The notes: generated by a model not told the origin, from the sequence alone. Shown: positions 1 to 9,820, counted from the first letter of the stretch. The stretch is 34,939 nucleotides of DNA from Candidatus Kaiserbacteria bacterium RIFCSPHIGHO2_01_FULL_55_37 (GCA_001781175.1 MFKY01000034.1:1-34939), one strand, 5' to 3'. A program made the numbers and translations.

Positions 1-1525
1 TGCCGAAATATGGAGCAAACTTTTTGCAAAAAAGGGGATTGACGCGAAAGTTGTGGAAATCGGTTCGGAGGAGGACGGCTACCGTCTCGGCATGCAGGGC
101 GGCCGCATCTTTTACTACGACGCCGAGAAAAACTGGTGGAGCCGCGCCGGCGTCCCTCAAAATATGCCCGCAGGGGAGCCGGGAGGTCCCGACAGTGAGG
201 TCTTCTACGATTTCGGTCATTCTGGTCTTGTTGCCCATGACCCGAAGTTCGGCGCGGAGTGTCATCCCAATTGCGATTGCGGACGATTCCTTGAGATAGG
301 CAACTCAGTTTTCATGCAGTACATCAAGCAGGCTGACGGCTCATTCGCTCTTCTCCCCAAGCAAAACGTGGACTTCGGCGGGGGGCTTGAGCGCATTGCC
401 GCTGCTGCACAGAACAACCCTGACATCTTCGCCATTGACGTTTTTGCCGATGTCATCGGTCTCCTCATCCATTTCTCCGGCAAAGAGTATGAGGACAAGC
501 GATATCAGCGCTCATACCGCATCGTTGCCGACCACATGCGCGCCGCGACATTCATGCTCGCTGATGGTGTGCGACCGGCCAACACCGACCGCGGGTACGT
601 CTTGCGCCGCCTCATCCGCCGCTCGGCGCAGCATACGCAGAAACTCGAAATACAGAATGGTAAGGCGGCGGACAGCATGCTCGTCCGCTGTGCGGTGTCT
701 TTCATAGAGAAGTACAAGCAGGCATATCCGGAACTCGGCTCCGAGGAGGCGTATGAAACTATCACGAGCGAGATATGGAAAGAAGAAAAGCAGTTCGCGC
801 ACACGTTGGAAAGCGGCATGAAAGAGTTCGAGAAGGTTGCAAAAGCGGGGCACATCGCGAGCAATGACGCCTTCCTCCTCTTCACCACTTACGGCTTCCC
901 GTTTGAGATGACACTGGAGCTTGCGCACGAGCGGGGAATAGACGTCGATGAGGACGGATTTGCCGCTGCAATGAAAAAGCATCGCGAACAGAGCCGCGCC
1001 GGAAGTGAGCAGAAGTTCAAGGGGGGACTTGCCGACCAGTCTGAAAAGACCACGCGTTTGCACACCGCACACCACCTCTTGCTCAAAGCCCTGCAAATGG
1101 TCCTCGGCCCCACCGTCAAACAGCGCGGAAGCAACATCACGCAGGAGCGATTACGCATAGACTTCTCTCACGGTGCGAAGATGACACCGGAGCAAATTAA
1201 AGACGTGGAGCGTATCGTGAACGAAAAGATTGCAGAGGAATTGCCAATGATACGCTCGACTCTGCCGAAGGACGAAGCGGAGAAGCTCGGCGCAGAACAC
1301 GAATTCGGCGCGAAGTACCCCGACATGGTCACGGTCTACTCTCTCGGCCCTAAAGAGGCGACGACAAACGACCCGCAGTTCGACAAAGCGTTCTCGATAG
1401 AATTCTGCGGCGGTCCCCATGTCGAGAACACGCGCGAGATAGCCGCAGGCGGCACATTCAAAATTCAGAAAGAGGAAGCGGTTGCAGCAGGCATCCGGCG
1501 TATCAAGGCGGTGTTGACCGTGTAA
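1..1525 (+). CDS. alaS: Alanyl-tRNA synthetase, 5'-truncated by the window edge; short form lacking the C-Ala domain
   Basis: LEIGNSVFMQY, VDFGGGLER and ADHMRAATF...RGYVLRRLIRR motifs. Editing motifs HTAHH and CGGPH. Ends at GIRRIKAVLTV. The frame is open from the window start. Confidence 0.97.
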   Translation, partial: AEIWSKLFAKKGIDAKVVEIGSEEDGYRLGMQGGRIFYYDAEKNWWSRAGVPQNMPAGEPGGPDSEVFYDFGHSGLVAHDPKFGAECHPNCDCGRFLEIGNSVFMQYIKQADGSFALLPKQNVDFGGGLERIAAAAQNNPDIFAIDVFADVIGLLIHFSGKEYEDKRYQRSYRIVADHMRAATFMLADGVRPANTDRGYVLRRLIRRSAQHTQKLEIQNGKAADSMLVRCAVSFIEKYKQAYPELGSEEAYETITSEIWKEEKQFAHTLESGMKEFEKVAKAGHIASNDAFLLFTTYGFPFEMTLELAHERGIDVDEDGFAAAMKKHREQSRAGSEQKFKGGLADQSEKTTRLHTAHHLLLKALQMVLGPTVKQRGSNITQERLRIDFSHGAKMTPEQIKDVERIVNEKIAEELPMIRSTLPKDEAEKLGAEHEFGAKYPDMVTVYSLGPKEATTNDPQFDKAFSIEFCGGPHVENTREIAAGGTFKIQKEEAVAAGIRRIKAVLTV

Positions 1526-1581
1526 TTTTACTGACGCATAGTGCTCGGCAGTGGGCAATCACGCTCCAATGGAGGTCGGCT

Positions 1582-2121
1582 ATGGCCGAACAAGAGAAAA
1601 ATACTCCGGCGGAAACGTGCAAGTTCCGTTGGAGAATTCACCCCTTCGGGGGAGATGAGTACATCATCTTTCTTTGGTGGGGAGAAGTCCCCGCAAGGGA
1701 GTTCAACCGGAGGGTACTTAGAATTTCGGAACGAGGGTACAGGGAATGGCTTGCCATCGAACGGGCTAGTGATTTTTGGGAAGCCACTCTGCCTGTCCCC
1801 ATGGGGATGGTTGCGATGACCCTTGGACTGTTGGCCCTGGCTGCGGAGAGGTATTCTCCCGCAGCTAAGCTCTTTATCGAGAGCCCGATTGGCACCACTC
1901 TTCTCGCGTCGGTCACGCTTATGGCGGTTCTCAGTATTATCTTACCCGTGGTGCGCATATGCGTGGACCAACGCCTCAAGAAAAAACTGCTACGGGCCGA
2001 GCTCGGGGTTCAGGTAGCACCCGAGCTCATCAGAACGATCCATGATCCTATTAGGGGCGGGATGTACATCCTTATCCCTCAGAGCGTTATGGACGAACGT
2101 GAATACACTCGCAGATGCTGA
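1582..2121 (+). CDS. Hypothetical membrane protein (2 predicted TM helices)
   Basis: 179-aa ORF with GGAGG upstream, two hydrophobic stretches and a downstream terminator. No family recognised. Confidence 0.7.
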   Translation: MAEQEKNTPAETCKFRWRIHPFGGDEYIIFLWWGEVPAREFNRRVLRISERGYREWLAIERASDFWEATLPVPMGMVAMTLGLLALAAERYSPAAKLFIESPIGTTLLASVTLMAVLSIILPVVRICVDQRLKKKLLRAELGVQVAPELIRTIHDPIRGGMYILIPQSVMDEREYTRRC

Positions 2122-2154
2122 GGCCGAATGCACCCGTACATTGAAGCCCGTACT

Positions 2155-2195
2155 TCACGCCCGCCGGTATCAACTGGCGGGCGTGATTGTTTTTT
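2155..2195 (+). terminator. Intrinsic terminator
   Basis: TCACGCCCGCC-N10-GGCGGGCGTGA followed by TTGTTTTTT. Confidence 0.8.
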
Positions 2196-2251
2196 CAACA
2201 CTTCGCTAACATTCGCAGACCTGCCGACTCTTTGACTGCTATACTTACTCA

Positions 2252-3427
2252 ATGTTCGGAATACATCTCGGGGGAGTGCGCTCGCCCCGCCGATGGCGGG
2301 GTGAGAAGATAGTCGCTGTCGCGGATATCGGGAGCGGCAGCGCCGCCGTGGCGATTCTTGCGGTCCCAAAAGAAGGACCCGCCCGTATCCTTGCTGCGGA
2401 ACGCCGCATACTTCCTATTGAGGAGCGGACCCCTGAAGCTATCATCGCCGCCATTGCTCAACATCTGTCCGAGGCCGGTGGGCACGTACTCGCGACGCAT
2501 CGTAAAAATGGAGGTGTCATCCCACGGTCGGTCCACGCCATCATCCGCGCACCCTGGACACAGTCTAAAACCGTCTCCGCGAAGACGACTTTGCCTACAT
2601 CCACGAAAATCTCACGCAAACTTATCGTACAACTTTCGCAACAAGCTCTCGCGAGCGATACCGAATTCGAGCGGAGCAACCTCATAGAGGCGGGCGTCGT
2701 GCGCGTCGAGGTCAACGGTTATCCGACCGCTCAGCCGGAAGGAAAGTCCGGCGATATGCTTTCGGTCGCCGCGCTTGTCAGCGAATGCGACGGGCAGTTG
2801 CGCGCTTCGGTCGCCGGTGTCCTCCAACAGCTCTTCGGCGCACATCCCTCGACGATATCTTCGGGAGTCCGCGCGATCCTTTCGGTAATGCGGGACATGC
2901 CGGGTGCACCCGACGACTTCGTCATTATGGACATGGCGAGTGAGGGGACGAATTTTGTCGTAGTCCGCGAGGGCGTTACGATTGAGCACGCCGCCATGCC
3001 CGAGGGAAAGAATTCTCTTTTGCGGCGCATCGGCGGCAACAACCTTCCCGCCGACACCTTGGCCATGCTCCGTCTTGTGGCGCGCGGCGAGTGTCACGAC
3101 CCCGCATGCGCGACGCTCGGTGCCGCGATGACGAAGTGCGAGCCGGAGCTTGTGCGCAGCTTCGGCGACATCATCTCGAAGCTGGTCTCGCGCCAACGGT
3201 TGCCGAACCATCTGATACTTGCGACCAACGAGGGTCTCATGCCGTGGCTGTCCGCTTTTTTCTCGCGCATAGATTTTGCACAATTCACCACAACGACGCA
3301 GCCGTTCATCGTCTCGACTCTCAAGCCCGTCGACCTTGCGCATTGGGCGCTCCCCGACACGATGGTGCGAACAGACACCGGAATCCTGCTGGCTGCGGCA
3401 CTTGTTAACATCAAAGAAAGGGCATGA
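2252..3427 (+). CDS. Divergent actin-fold (FtsA/PilM-like) protein
   Basis: N-terminal VAVADIGSGS (phosphate-1-like), VNGY motif, and degenerate phosphate-2-like VIMDMASEGT. TATACT lies 6 nt before the ATG. Confidence 0.65.
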   Translation: MFGIHLGGVRSPRRWRGEKIVAVADIGSGSAAVAILAVPKEGPARILAAERRILPIEERTPEAIIAAIAQHLSEAGGHVLATHRKNGGVIPRSVHAIIRAPWTQSKTVSAKTTLPTSTKISRKLIVQLSQQALASDTEFERSNLIEAGVVRVEVNGYPTAQPEGKSGDMLSVAALVSECDGQLRASVAGVLQQLFGAHPSTISSGVRAILSVMRDMPGAPDDFVIMDMASEGTNFVVVREGVTIEHAAMPEGKNSLLRRIGGNNLPADTLAMLRLVARGECHDPACATLGAAMTKCEPELVRSFGDIISKLVSRQRLPNHLILATNEGLMPWLSAFFSRIDFAQFTTTTQPFIVSTLKPVDLAHWALPDTMVRTDTGILLAAALVNIKERA

Positions 3428-3454
3428 TGTTTACATGGTGTAGAATTATCCGAT

Positions 3455-4906
3455 ATGGCAAAAGATTATTTTCAGGACATTATTCCTCCCGCCGGCGAGC
3501 CTATCCCGCCACGGCAATTCCCGCAGAGCGTGCCCGGCCCGTCGGAGACCCAGAATTCAGACGCGCGTGACATACCTATCCGTGTAGCTGATGCACAAGA
3601 GGGGCAAGATCCGGCCGACCCGGCCTCGCGCGGTATCCGGAGCATATCCGCACCCGCGCGCTCGCGTCCACCCCGTTTTACCGGAGCGCCCGTCCAAATG
3701 GACCAGGATACCCGCGGCTCGTACGGAGGTCTTCCGCAGGGTCCGTCGCGCCGGTCCACCCGCCTCTGGATATGGGCGGCCGCGTCGCTCTTCGTACTAG
3801 TCGGCGCCACACTGCTTCTTTTTGTCTTTTCGTCCACTGTCATCACCCTCACGCCAAAATCTCGTGCCGCTACGCTGACGGCCGCTACGCTGACGGCCTA
3901 TCAGGTAGCTACCGCGGCGGACGCAACACCCGGTACGCTTTCGTATACAGTACAGACGTTCGACCTCGAAGATTCCGATGTCGTTGCCTCAAAAGGGACA
4001 ACGCACGTCGAATCGAAGGCGTCCGGTAGTATCGCCCTATACAACGCATACTCGGCGACGCCTGTCCGTTTGGTGAAGACAACGCGGTTTGAATCTCCCG
4101 ACGGCCTCATATTCCGGGCACTTTCCGATATTGTTGTACCGGGGAAAGTCGGCTCTACGCCGGGGCAGGTCAACGTCACGGTTGCCGCCGACCAGGCAGG
4201 CGAGAAATACAACATCGGACCGACTGCGAAATTTACGCTGCCCGGCCTTAAATCCACCGCCGCCATGTACAGCGGCGTCTATGCGAAATCCAGCGCCGCT
4301 TTCTCGGGAGGATTTGCAGGCGAGCAAGCGGGCGCCGAACCGGGAGCTCTCGACAGCGCGGTCGCTCTTCTTCGCACAAAGCTCGAGACGAAAGCACGTG
4401 AAGCAGCTGTGGCTCAAGCCAAGGACGGCACTTCGGTTTTCTCCGGCCTTATCGGAATAACCTACGAATCGCTCCCCAATACCACGGAGGCGGGGGATTC
4501 AGTGCGCATCCATCAGAAAGCTCGGGTAACGGTGCCCGTATTCCCCGCGCGGGCGTTTGCACAAGCGCTCATGCACGCGGCGTTTGCCGATGTAAGTGAC
4601 GCGCCGGTAACGATAAAGCCGTCTGAAGACTTCTACGTCCGTGCGGCGGAATCGGAAGACGAGGCTCAGACGGGCGTCTTGAATGTCGCTGTTTCCGGCG
4701 GCGTCCTCTTCATCTGGGACACCGACACCGAGGCCCTCTCAAAGGCTTTGGCCGGCAAAGATTCCTCGGTATTCCAAAATATAGTAAACGGCTATACAAG
4801 CATTCAGGAGGCCCACGCCCGCATTACTCCTTTCTGGCGGAGCACCTTCCCCGAGGATCCGGCGGACATCAACATCGACGTAGTCGTCCCCGATGCAGGC
4901 AAATAG
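3455..4906 (+). CDS. Membrane-anchored protein with a baseplate J/gp47-like domain
   Basis: Disordered N-terminus, one TM helix, then ASGSIALYN...TRFES.DG..F...VTVAADQAGEKYNIG, which resembles baseplate-J-like domains. Confidence 0.65.
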   Translation: MAKDYFQDIIPPAGEPIPPRQFPQSVPGPSETQNSDARDIPIRVADAQEGQDPADPASRGIRSISAPARSRPPRFTGAPVQMDQDTRGSYGGLPQGPSRRSTRLWIWAAASLFVLVGATLLLFVFSSTVITLTPKSRAATLTAATLTAYQVATAADATPGTLSYTVQTFDLEDSDVVASKGTTHVESKASGSIALYNAYSATPVRLVKTTRFESPDGLIFRALSDIVVPGKVGSTPGQVNVTVAADQAGEKYNIGPTAKFTLPGLKSTAAMYSGVYAKSSAAFSGGFAGEQAGAEPGALDSAVALLRTKLETKAREAAVAQAKDGTSVFSGLIGITYESLPNTTEAGDSVRIHQKARVTVPVFPARAFAQALMHAAFADVSDAPVTIKPSEDFYVRAAESEDEAQTGVLNVAVSGGVLFIWDTDTEALSKALAGKDSSVFQNIVNGYTSIQEAHARITPFWRSTFPEDPADINIDVVVPDAGK

Positions 4907-5038
4907 CCTGTGAGCGTTTGACCCCACACGGATTCGCATTTACCACCTCCCACGCACAATGAGCACCGAAATACTATTAGTGGCCCGTGTGAGGGGTTGA
5001 CTATCCCGCGAAGAGCTGCTATTCTCACTCACGCAGAT

Positions 5039-5245
5039 ATGTCCGAACTAGAGGTTGTAAGTGGAGTCGTCGACGAGGCGCTTCCCAACACCCTTTTTCA
5101 GGTGAAGCTCGAAGGGGGGACTCGCGTGCTCGCGTATCTCGCCGGAAAGATGCGGCTGCATAGAATTAAAGTGCTCGTTGGCGACAAAGTAGAAGTGCGA
5201 CTCGACCCTTACGGAGGTCGCGCACGTATCGTCAGGCGCACCTAG
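5039..5245 (+). CDS. infA: Translation initiation factor IF-1
   Basis: GVVDEALPNTLFQVKL...AYLAGKMR.HRIKVLVGDKV. ATG at 5039 is preferred over the ORF-track TTG at 4997. Confidence 0.97.
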   Translation: MSELEVVSGVVDEALPNTLFQVKLEGGTRVLAYLAGKMRLHRIKVLVGDKVEVRLDPYGGRARIVRRT

Positions 5246-5322
5246 AGACCAACACTGAGAGTCGCGCACTCCGAGGTTCGGAGACGGGATTCCGGTTATG
5301 TTTTGCAACGATAGACACATGA

Positions 5323-5402
5323 ATCCCGTTAGAAATGTAGTCCGAGGGTTCATGTCGGGTAATTATTCAAGGAAGGTTTACCAATGTAATTTCTAACGGG
5401 AT
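5323..5402. mobile_element. Start-codon insertion element, copy 1 (80 bp) at the rpmJ start
   Basis: Perfect 14-bp TIR ATCCCGTTAGAAAT/ATTTCTAACGGGAT, flanked by a GA duplication (5321-22, 5403-04). Removal restores ATG AAA GTA. Confidence 0.85.
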
Positions 5403-5514
5403 GAAAGTAAAATCCTCAGTAAAAAAGATCTGTACACATTGTCACGCGGTGAAGCGTCGCGGGCGGTTGTGGGTTATTTGCAAAAATCCGAGACATAAAC
5501 AAAGACAAGGTTAA
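5401..5514 (+). CDS. rpmJ: 50S ribosomal protein L36 (Zn-ribbon type)
   Basis: Hand-translated as [37 protein letters not shown]. It is below the ORF-track length cutoff. Confidence 0.97.
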   Translation: MKVKSSVKKICTHCHAVKRRGRLWVICKNPRHKQRQG

Positions 5515-5519
5515 TCAAT

Positions 5520-5900
5520 ATGCGTATCGCCGGAATTACAATACCCGAAGAGAAGCGCCTGGAAATAGGCCTTACCGCCATTTACGGCGTCGGCCGTCCG
5601 CGTGCACTCACCACTCTTAAGGCGCTCGGAATTGACCCGGGTAAAAAGCCGAAAGACGTGTCCGCGAAAGAGGAGGCGTCGCTGCGCGAAGCCCTCGAGA
5701 AATTCACTGTGGAGGGTGAACTACGGCGAGACGTGAGCGGCAACATACGCCGGCTAAAAGACATTAAATCCTATCGCGGTTCCCGGCACGCCAAGCATCT
5801 TCCCGGTCGCGGTCAACGTTCTAAAACCAATTCACGCACGGTCCGCGGCAACGTCCGGAAGACGATGACATCAGGCCGCCGCAAATTGGAGAAAACATAA
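5520..5900 (+). CDS. rpsM: 30S ribosomal protein S13
   Basis: MRIAGI...LTAIYGVG...YRG.RH...LPGRGQRSKTNSRT. Confidence 0.98.
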   Translation: MRIAGITIPEEKRLEIGLTAIYGVGRPRALTTLKALGIDPGKKPKDVSAKEEASLREALEKFTVEGELRRDVSGNIRRLKDIKSYRGSRHAKHLPGRGQRSKTNSRTVRGNVRKTMTSGRRKLEKT

Positions 5901-5926
5901 TCCAAAAAATTTATTTTTGTACAAGT

Positions 5927-6361
5927 ATGGGAAAAAAAAGAATCATAAGAAAAAGTGGGGGAAGCGTTGACCAGGGACTGAAATCCCGCTCTCTCGCACG
6001 CATCGCAAAGAAGAACATCCTCGCGGGTACCTTGCACATACACGCCACCTACAACAACACCAAAGTACTCCTCACCGACAAGAACGGCAACGCCGTCGCG
6101 TGGTCGTCTTCCGGCGCGCTTGGCTTTTCGGGCGCCAAGAAGGGCACTCCGTTCGCAGCCGCGAAAGTCGGGGAGCTCGTGGGAGACAAAGCGGTCATTA
6201 TCGGCGTCAAAGAGGTGGACGTCGTCATCCGGGGAGTCGGAGCCGGCCGTGAATCCGCGATGCGCGGGTTTGTCGGCAAAGGTATCGACGTCACCCGGAT
6301 TGCCGACGACACACCGGTACCGCATAATGGCCCCCGACCGCCGAAACCCCGGAGAGTCTAA
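5927..6361 (+). CDS. rpsK: 30S ribosomal protein S11
   Basis: HIHATYNNT, KKGTPFAA, D.TPVPHNG.RP.K.RRV. Confidence 0.98.
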   Translation: MGKKRIIRKSGGSVDQGLKSRSLARIAKKNILAGTLHIHATYNNTKVLLTDKNGNAVAWSSSGALGFSGAKKGTPFAAAKVGELVGDKAVIIGVKEVDVVIRGVGAGRESAMRGFVGKGIDVTRIADDTPVPHNGPRPPKPRRV

Positions 6362-6367
6362 AAATAT

Positions 6368-6985
6368 ATGTTGCTCATCAAATCAAAATTCAAGATCGCA
6401 AAACGGCTCGGCGCCGCCATCTTTGAGAAGACGCAATCCCAGAAGTTCGCGCTCTCCGAGGCACGCTCCGCCGCCAACAAGAAGACCCGCGGCGGCCGCG
6501 GCGGAAGCGACTACGGACGGCAGCTTCTGGAAAAACAGCGCGTTCGTTTTACGTACGGTATCTCGGAAAGGCAACTTTCCAACTATGCGAAAGTGGCTTA
6601 CACGCAACCCGACCCTTCGGCGAGCTTGCACTGCGCGCTCGAAATGCGCGCGGACAGCGTCGCATACCGCGCGGGCCTGTTGCCCACGCGTCGCGCGGCA
6701 CGTCAGGCTGTTTCCCACGGCCACATCATTGTGAACGGCAAGCGCACGACCGTCCCTTCGTATCGCGTCCGCAAAGGCGACGTCGTCAGCGTCCGCGAAG
6801 GTAGCCGTCGTAGCCCGTTGTTTTCCGGACTGCTCGAGAACAAAGCGGAGAATACGCGTTCTATTCCCGCATGGCTCACAGTCGACCTCAGCTTGCTCCA
6901 AGCGGAGGTAGTCGGGGAGCCGACTTACAACACTGTTGAGACCGGGCTTGATTATGCAACGGTCTTTGAGTTCTACAGCAGATAA
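6368..6985 (+). CDS. rpsD: 30S ribosomal protein S4
   Basis: SDYGRQLLEKQ, LEMRAD, ARQAVSHGHI, C-terminal EFYSR. Confidence 0.98.
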   Translation: MLLIKSKFKIAKRLGAAIFEKTQSQKFALSEARSAANKKTRGGRGGSDYGRQLLEKQRVRFTYGISERQLSNYAKVAYTQPDPSASLHCALEMRADSVAYRAGLLPTRRAARQAVSHGHIIVNGKRTTVPSYRVRKGDVVSVREGSRRSPLFSGLLENKAENTRSIPAWLTVDLSLLQAEVVGEPTYNTVETGLDYATVFEFYSR

Positions 6986-7062
6986 TGGTATACTAGTGCC
7001 CACTTTTGTGTCTTTAGGCGTTTTCTATTTATTACTAGAAGCTATCAATTAAAAGCTACCAT

Positions 7063-8040
7063 ATGTCGGATTACCACATTGCACTGCCGAGTAAGCCACG
7101 CGTCGTCTCCGAAACGGAGCGGGGCGGTACCTATGAGATAGACGGACTCTATCCGGGATACGGCTACACCTTGGGCAACTCTCTGCGCCGCATCATCCTC
7201 TCGTCTCTTCCGGGCGCGGCAGTCACACACGTCAAGCTCCCCGGCGTTGCCCACGAATTCTCCACCATCGAAGGCGTCAAGGAGGATGTCGTAACGCTCT
7301 TGCTCAATATACGGAAGATTCGCCTCAAGCTTTTGACCGACGAGCCTCAGACCATCACGCTTTCCGTGAAGGGTCCGAAGGGGGTGACCGCAGCGGACCT
7401 GAAGCTGCCGGGCCAAGTCGAGATATTGAATCCGGAACAACACATCGCTGACGTAAGCGGCAAAGTAAACCTCGAAGTGGAATTGCGCGCAGAACGCGGA
7501 CTCGGCTACATCGCAAAAGAAATGCACCAAAAAGAGCGTGTCGAGATCGGCACCATCGCGCTCGATGCGATTTTCTCGCCGATACGCCGCGTCAACTACG
7601 AAGTGGAGAACATGCGCGTCGGTGACCGCACTGATTTCAACCGCCTCAGGATCGTTATCGAGACCGATGGCACACTCGCTCCGCGTGAAGCGCTCGAAAG
7701 TTCTATCAAGACGATGATTCATCAGCTCAAAGCAGTCGTCGGATTCAAGGAGGACGAGGTTCCGGAGGCTCTCATGGGTACCGCTGAATCTCACACGGGT
7801 TCTCGCGAGGACAAAGGCGGCACCATGGACGCCGAAGTACTGAAGACCCGCATCACCGAATTGAGCATGCCCCAACGCGTCGAAATGGCGCTCGACAACG
7901 CCTCTATCCGTACCGTCGGGGGATTGGTCCGCAAACGCGAGGATGACCTCCTTGCAATAGAAGGACTCGGCCAGAAAGGGCTTCAGGACATTAAGCGCGC
8001 ACTCTCAAACATGGGTCTCACACTCCGCAACGATAAGTAA
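7063..8040 (+). CDS. rpoA: RNA polymerase subunit alpha
   Basis: GYGYTLGNSLRRIILSS, HEFSTIEGVKED, DAIFSPI; alpha-CTD present. Confidence 0.98.
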   Translation: MSDYHIALPSKPRVVSETERGGTYEIDGLYPGYGYTLGNSLRRIILSSLPGAAVTHVKLPGVAHEFSTIEGVKEDVVTLLLNIRKIRLKLLTDEPQTITLSVKGPKGVTAADLKLPGQVEILNPEQHIADVSGKVNLEVELRAERGLGYIAKEMHQKERVEIGTIALDAIFSPIRRVNYEVENMRVGDRTDFNRLRIVIETDGTLAPREALESSIKTMIHQLKAVVGFKEDEVPEALMGTAESHTGSREDKGGTMDAEVLKTRITELSMPQRVEMALDNASIRTVGGLVRKREDDLLAIEGLGQKGLQDIKRALSNMGLTLRNDK

Positions 8041-8045
8041 CGCGT

Positions 8046-8432
8046 ATGCAGCATCATAAGAAGAACAGAAAATTGGGACGTAAAAAGGGTCAGAGGGTTG
8101 CGCTTTTGCGCAGCTTGGCCCGTTCGCTCGTGCTCCGGGAAGGTATCACAACCACTATTGCCAAGGCGAAGGAACTGCGCCCCTTCGTCGAGCGGATGGT
8201 CTCAATGAGCAAGAAGAACACCCTCGCCTCACGACGCATCGTAGGTACACGCATGGGAGGTGCCCATGAGGTGGTCAAAAAACTGCACGATGTATACGCT
8301 CCGCGCTACGCAAAACGCGCCGGCGGCTATACCCGCATCGTTAATCTCGGCAGAGTGGGGAAGCGCGCCGGCGAAGCCGCACGCATTGAATTCGTTTCCG
8401 CCGAAGGCGGATCCTCCTCCGGAGGAAAATAA
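8046..8432 (+). CDS. rplQ: 50S ribosomal protein L17 with a 10-aa insert at the C-terminus
   Basis: RKLGR, ITTTIAKAKELR, R.GGYTRI, IEFV. Confidence 0.97.
   Translation: MQHHKKNRKLGRKKGQRVALLRSLARSLVLREGITTTIAKAKELRPFVERMVSMSKKNTLASRRIVGTRMGGAHEVVKKLHDVYAPRYAKRAGGYTRIVNLGRVGKRAGEAARIEFVSAEGGSSSGGK
8397..8426 (+). repeat. 30-bp double-hairpin in-frame repeat, copy A (SAEGGSSSGG)
   Basis: TCCGCC-GAA-GGCGGA-TCCTCC-TCC-GGAGGA. A related copy lies at 12736-12765. Confidence 0.75.
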
Positions 8433-8437
8433 TTAGT

Positions 8438-8794
8438 ATGGAGACAAAAAACACATACACAATTGATGCCGCCGGCCGTACGCTCGGACGCGTCGCCTCT
8501 GAGGCCGCAAAGGCGCTCATGGGCAAGATGAGAGCGGACTACACGCCGAATAAAAATTCGAACGTCAAAGTCACTGTCACCAACGCAAGCAAGCTCTATA
8601 TCCGGGAACGTAAACGCTCGCGCACAATCTATACGACCTACTCGGGTTATCCGGGCGGCTTGAAGAAAGAAAGTCTCGCATCACTCGCCGCACGCAAAGG
8701 CAACGCCGAAGCTATCCGCCGTGCCGTCGCCCGCATGCTTCCGCGCAACACGATGCACACGCCGCGTTTGAAAAATTTAGCGGTCACCGAATAG
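8438..8794 (+). CDS. rplM: 50S ribosomal protein L13 (short form)
   Basis: IDAAGRTLGR.AS..A..LMGK, YSGYPGGLK, AV.RMLP. Confidence 0.97.
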   Translation: METKNTYTIDAAGRTLGRVASEAAKALMGKMRADYTPNKNSNVKVTVTNASKLYIRERKRSRTIYTTYSGYPGGLKKESLASLAARKGNAEAIRRAVARMLPRNTMHTPRLKNLAVTE

Positions 8795-8819
8795 TTCGAC
8801 TTACTCACTATACATATTT

Positions 8820-9215
8820 ATGGCAAAAGAATTACGATACACAGAAGCAGTAGGCCGCCGCAAGACCGCGACAGCGCGCGTACGCATCACTGAGGCGAAG
8901 AGTTCTTCGATGACGGTGAACGGCAAGATGGCGGATGAATATTTCCCGCTCGACGTTATGGTGAAGATGGCATTCTCTCCGCTCGTGCTTATGGGCGCCA
9001 CCTACGCTGTCTCCGCGCACGTACAGGGCGGCGGTCAGAAGGCTCAGGCGGAAGCGATTCGCCTCGGCCTTTCACGCGCCATGATAGAAGTCACTCCGGA
9101 ACAACGCAAAGACCTCAAGGTTCGCGGTTTCCTCAAACGCGATCCTCGAGCCAAGGAACGCAAAAAGTTCGGCCTCAAAGCTGCACGTCGTGCGCCGCAA
9201 TGGTCGAAGCGCTAA
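8820..9215 (+). CDS. rpsI: 30S ribosomal protein S9
   Basis: GRRKTATARV, GGG..AQAEAIR, RDPR.KERKK.GL..ARRAPQWSKR. Confidence 0.98.
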   Translation: MAKELRYTEAVGRRKTATARVRITEAKSSSMTVNGKMADEYFPLDVMVKMAFSPLVLMGATYAVSAHVQGGGQKAQAEAIRLGLSRAMIEVTPEQRKDLKVRGFLKRDPRAKERKKFGLKAARRAPQWSKR

Positions 9216-9230
9216 TTCTGACACCATCCC

Positions 9231-9260
9231 AAAAACACCTCGCAATCGCGGGGTGTTTTT
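9231..9260. terminator. Intrinsic, probably bidirectional terminator after rpsI
   Basis: AAAAACACCTCGC-AATC-GCGGGGTGTTTTT. Confidence 0.75.
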
Positions 9261-9277
9261 GTTATACTCGCCTCGAC

Positions 9278-9820
9278 ATGATGAATGTTCCCGAAGCGGA
9301 AGATTTGGATTTTGAGCCGGAGGACGAGCTTGGCTCGGTCGGCGCGGTGAAAGCGAAGATGCAAAAACTCAAGGATGAGCTCGAGAAGGTGAAGGCGGAG
9401 CGGCAGGAATACCTCGACGGCTGGCAACGATGCAAGGCAGACTCCATAAATGCCCGGAAGGAAGCCCTCCAGATGGGGGAGCGCACCGGAGAGCGCGCAA
9501 AGGAGAGCCTTATAGAAGATATTATTCCCGCACTGGACGGTTTCGATATGGCTGCGGGCTCTTCGGCATGGGAATCAGTGGACGCAGGGTGGCGCAGCGG
9601 CATCGAACAGATACGCAATCAGCTTCTTGACGCGCTTTCGCGTCACGGCGTGGAGAGATTCGGTAAAATCGGCGAACCCGCCGACCACAACGTACACGAG
9701 ACGGTCGAAGAGCGCGACGACGTCGCGGGGGAATCGGGCACTATCGCGCGGATTCTCCGCTACGGTTACAAAACGGGGCACCGAATCATACGGCCGGCAC
9801 AAGTCGTCCTCAAGAAGTAG
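9278..9820 (+). CDS. grpE: Nucleotide exchange factor GrpE
   Basis: Coiled coil, IIPALDGF, ILRYGY...IIRPAQV. Directly upstream of dnaK. ATG at 9278/9281 follows TATACT. Confidence 0.95.
   Translation: MMNVPEAEDLDFEPEDELGSVGAVKAKMQKLKDELEKVKAERQEYLDGWQRCKADSINARKEALQMGERTGERAKESLIEDIIPALDGFDMAAGSSAWESVDAGWRSGIEQIRNQLLDALSRHGVERFGKIGEPADHNVHETVEERDDVAGESGTIARILRYGYKTGHRIIRPAQVVLKK

Noticed and set aside
6487-6501. CCGCGG-CGG-CCGCGG hairpin in rpsD as a member of the 15-bp family
   Set aside because: Low-complexity Arg/Gly codons, with no sequence similarity to the other units.
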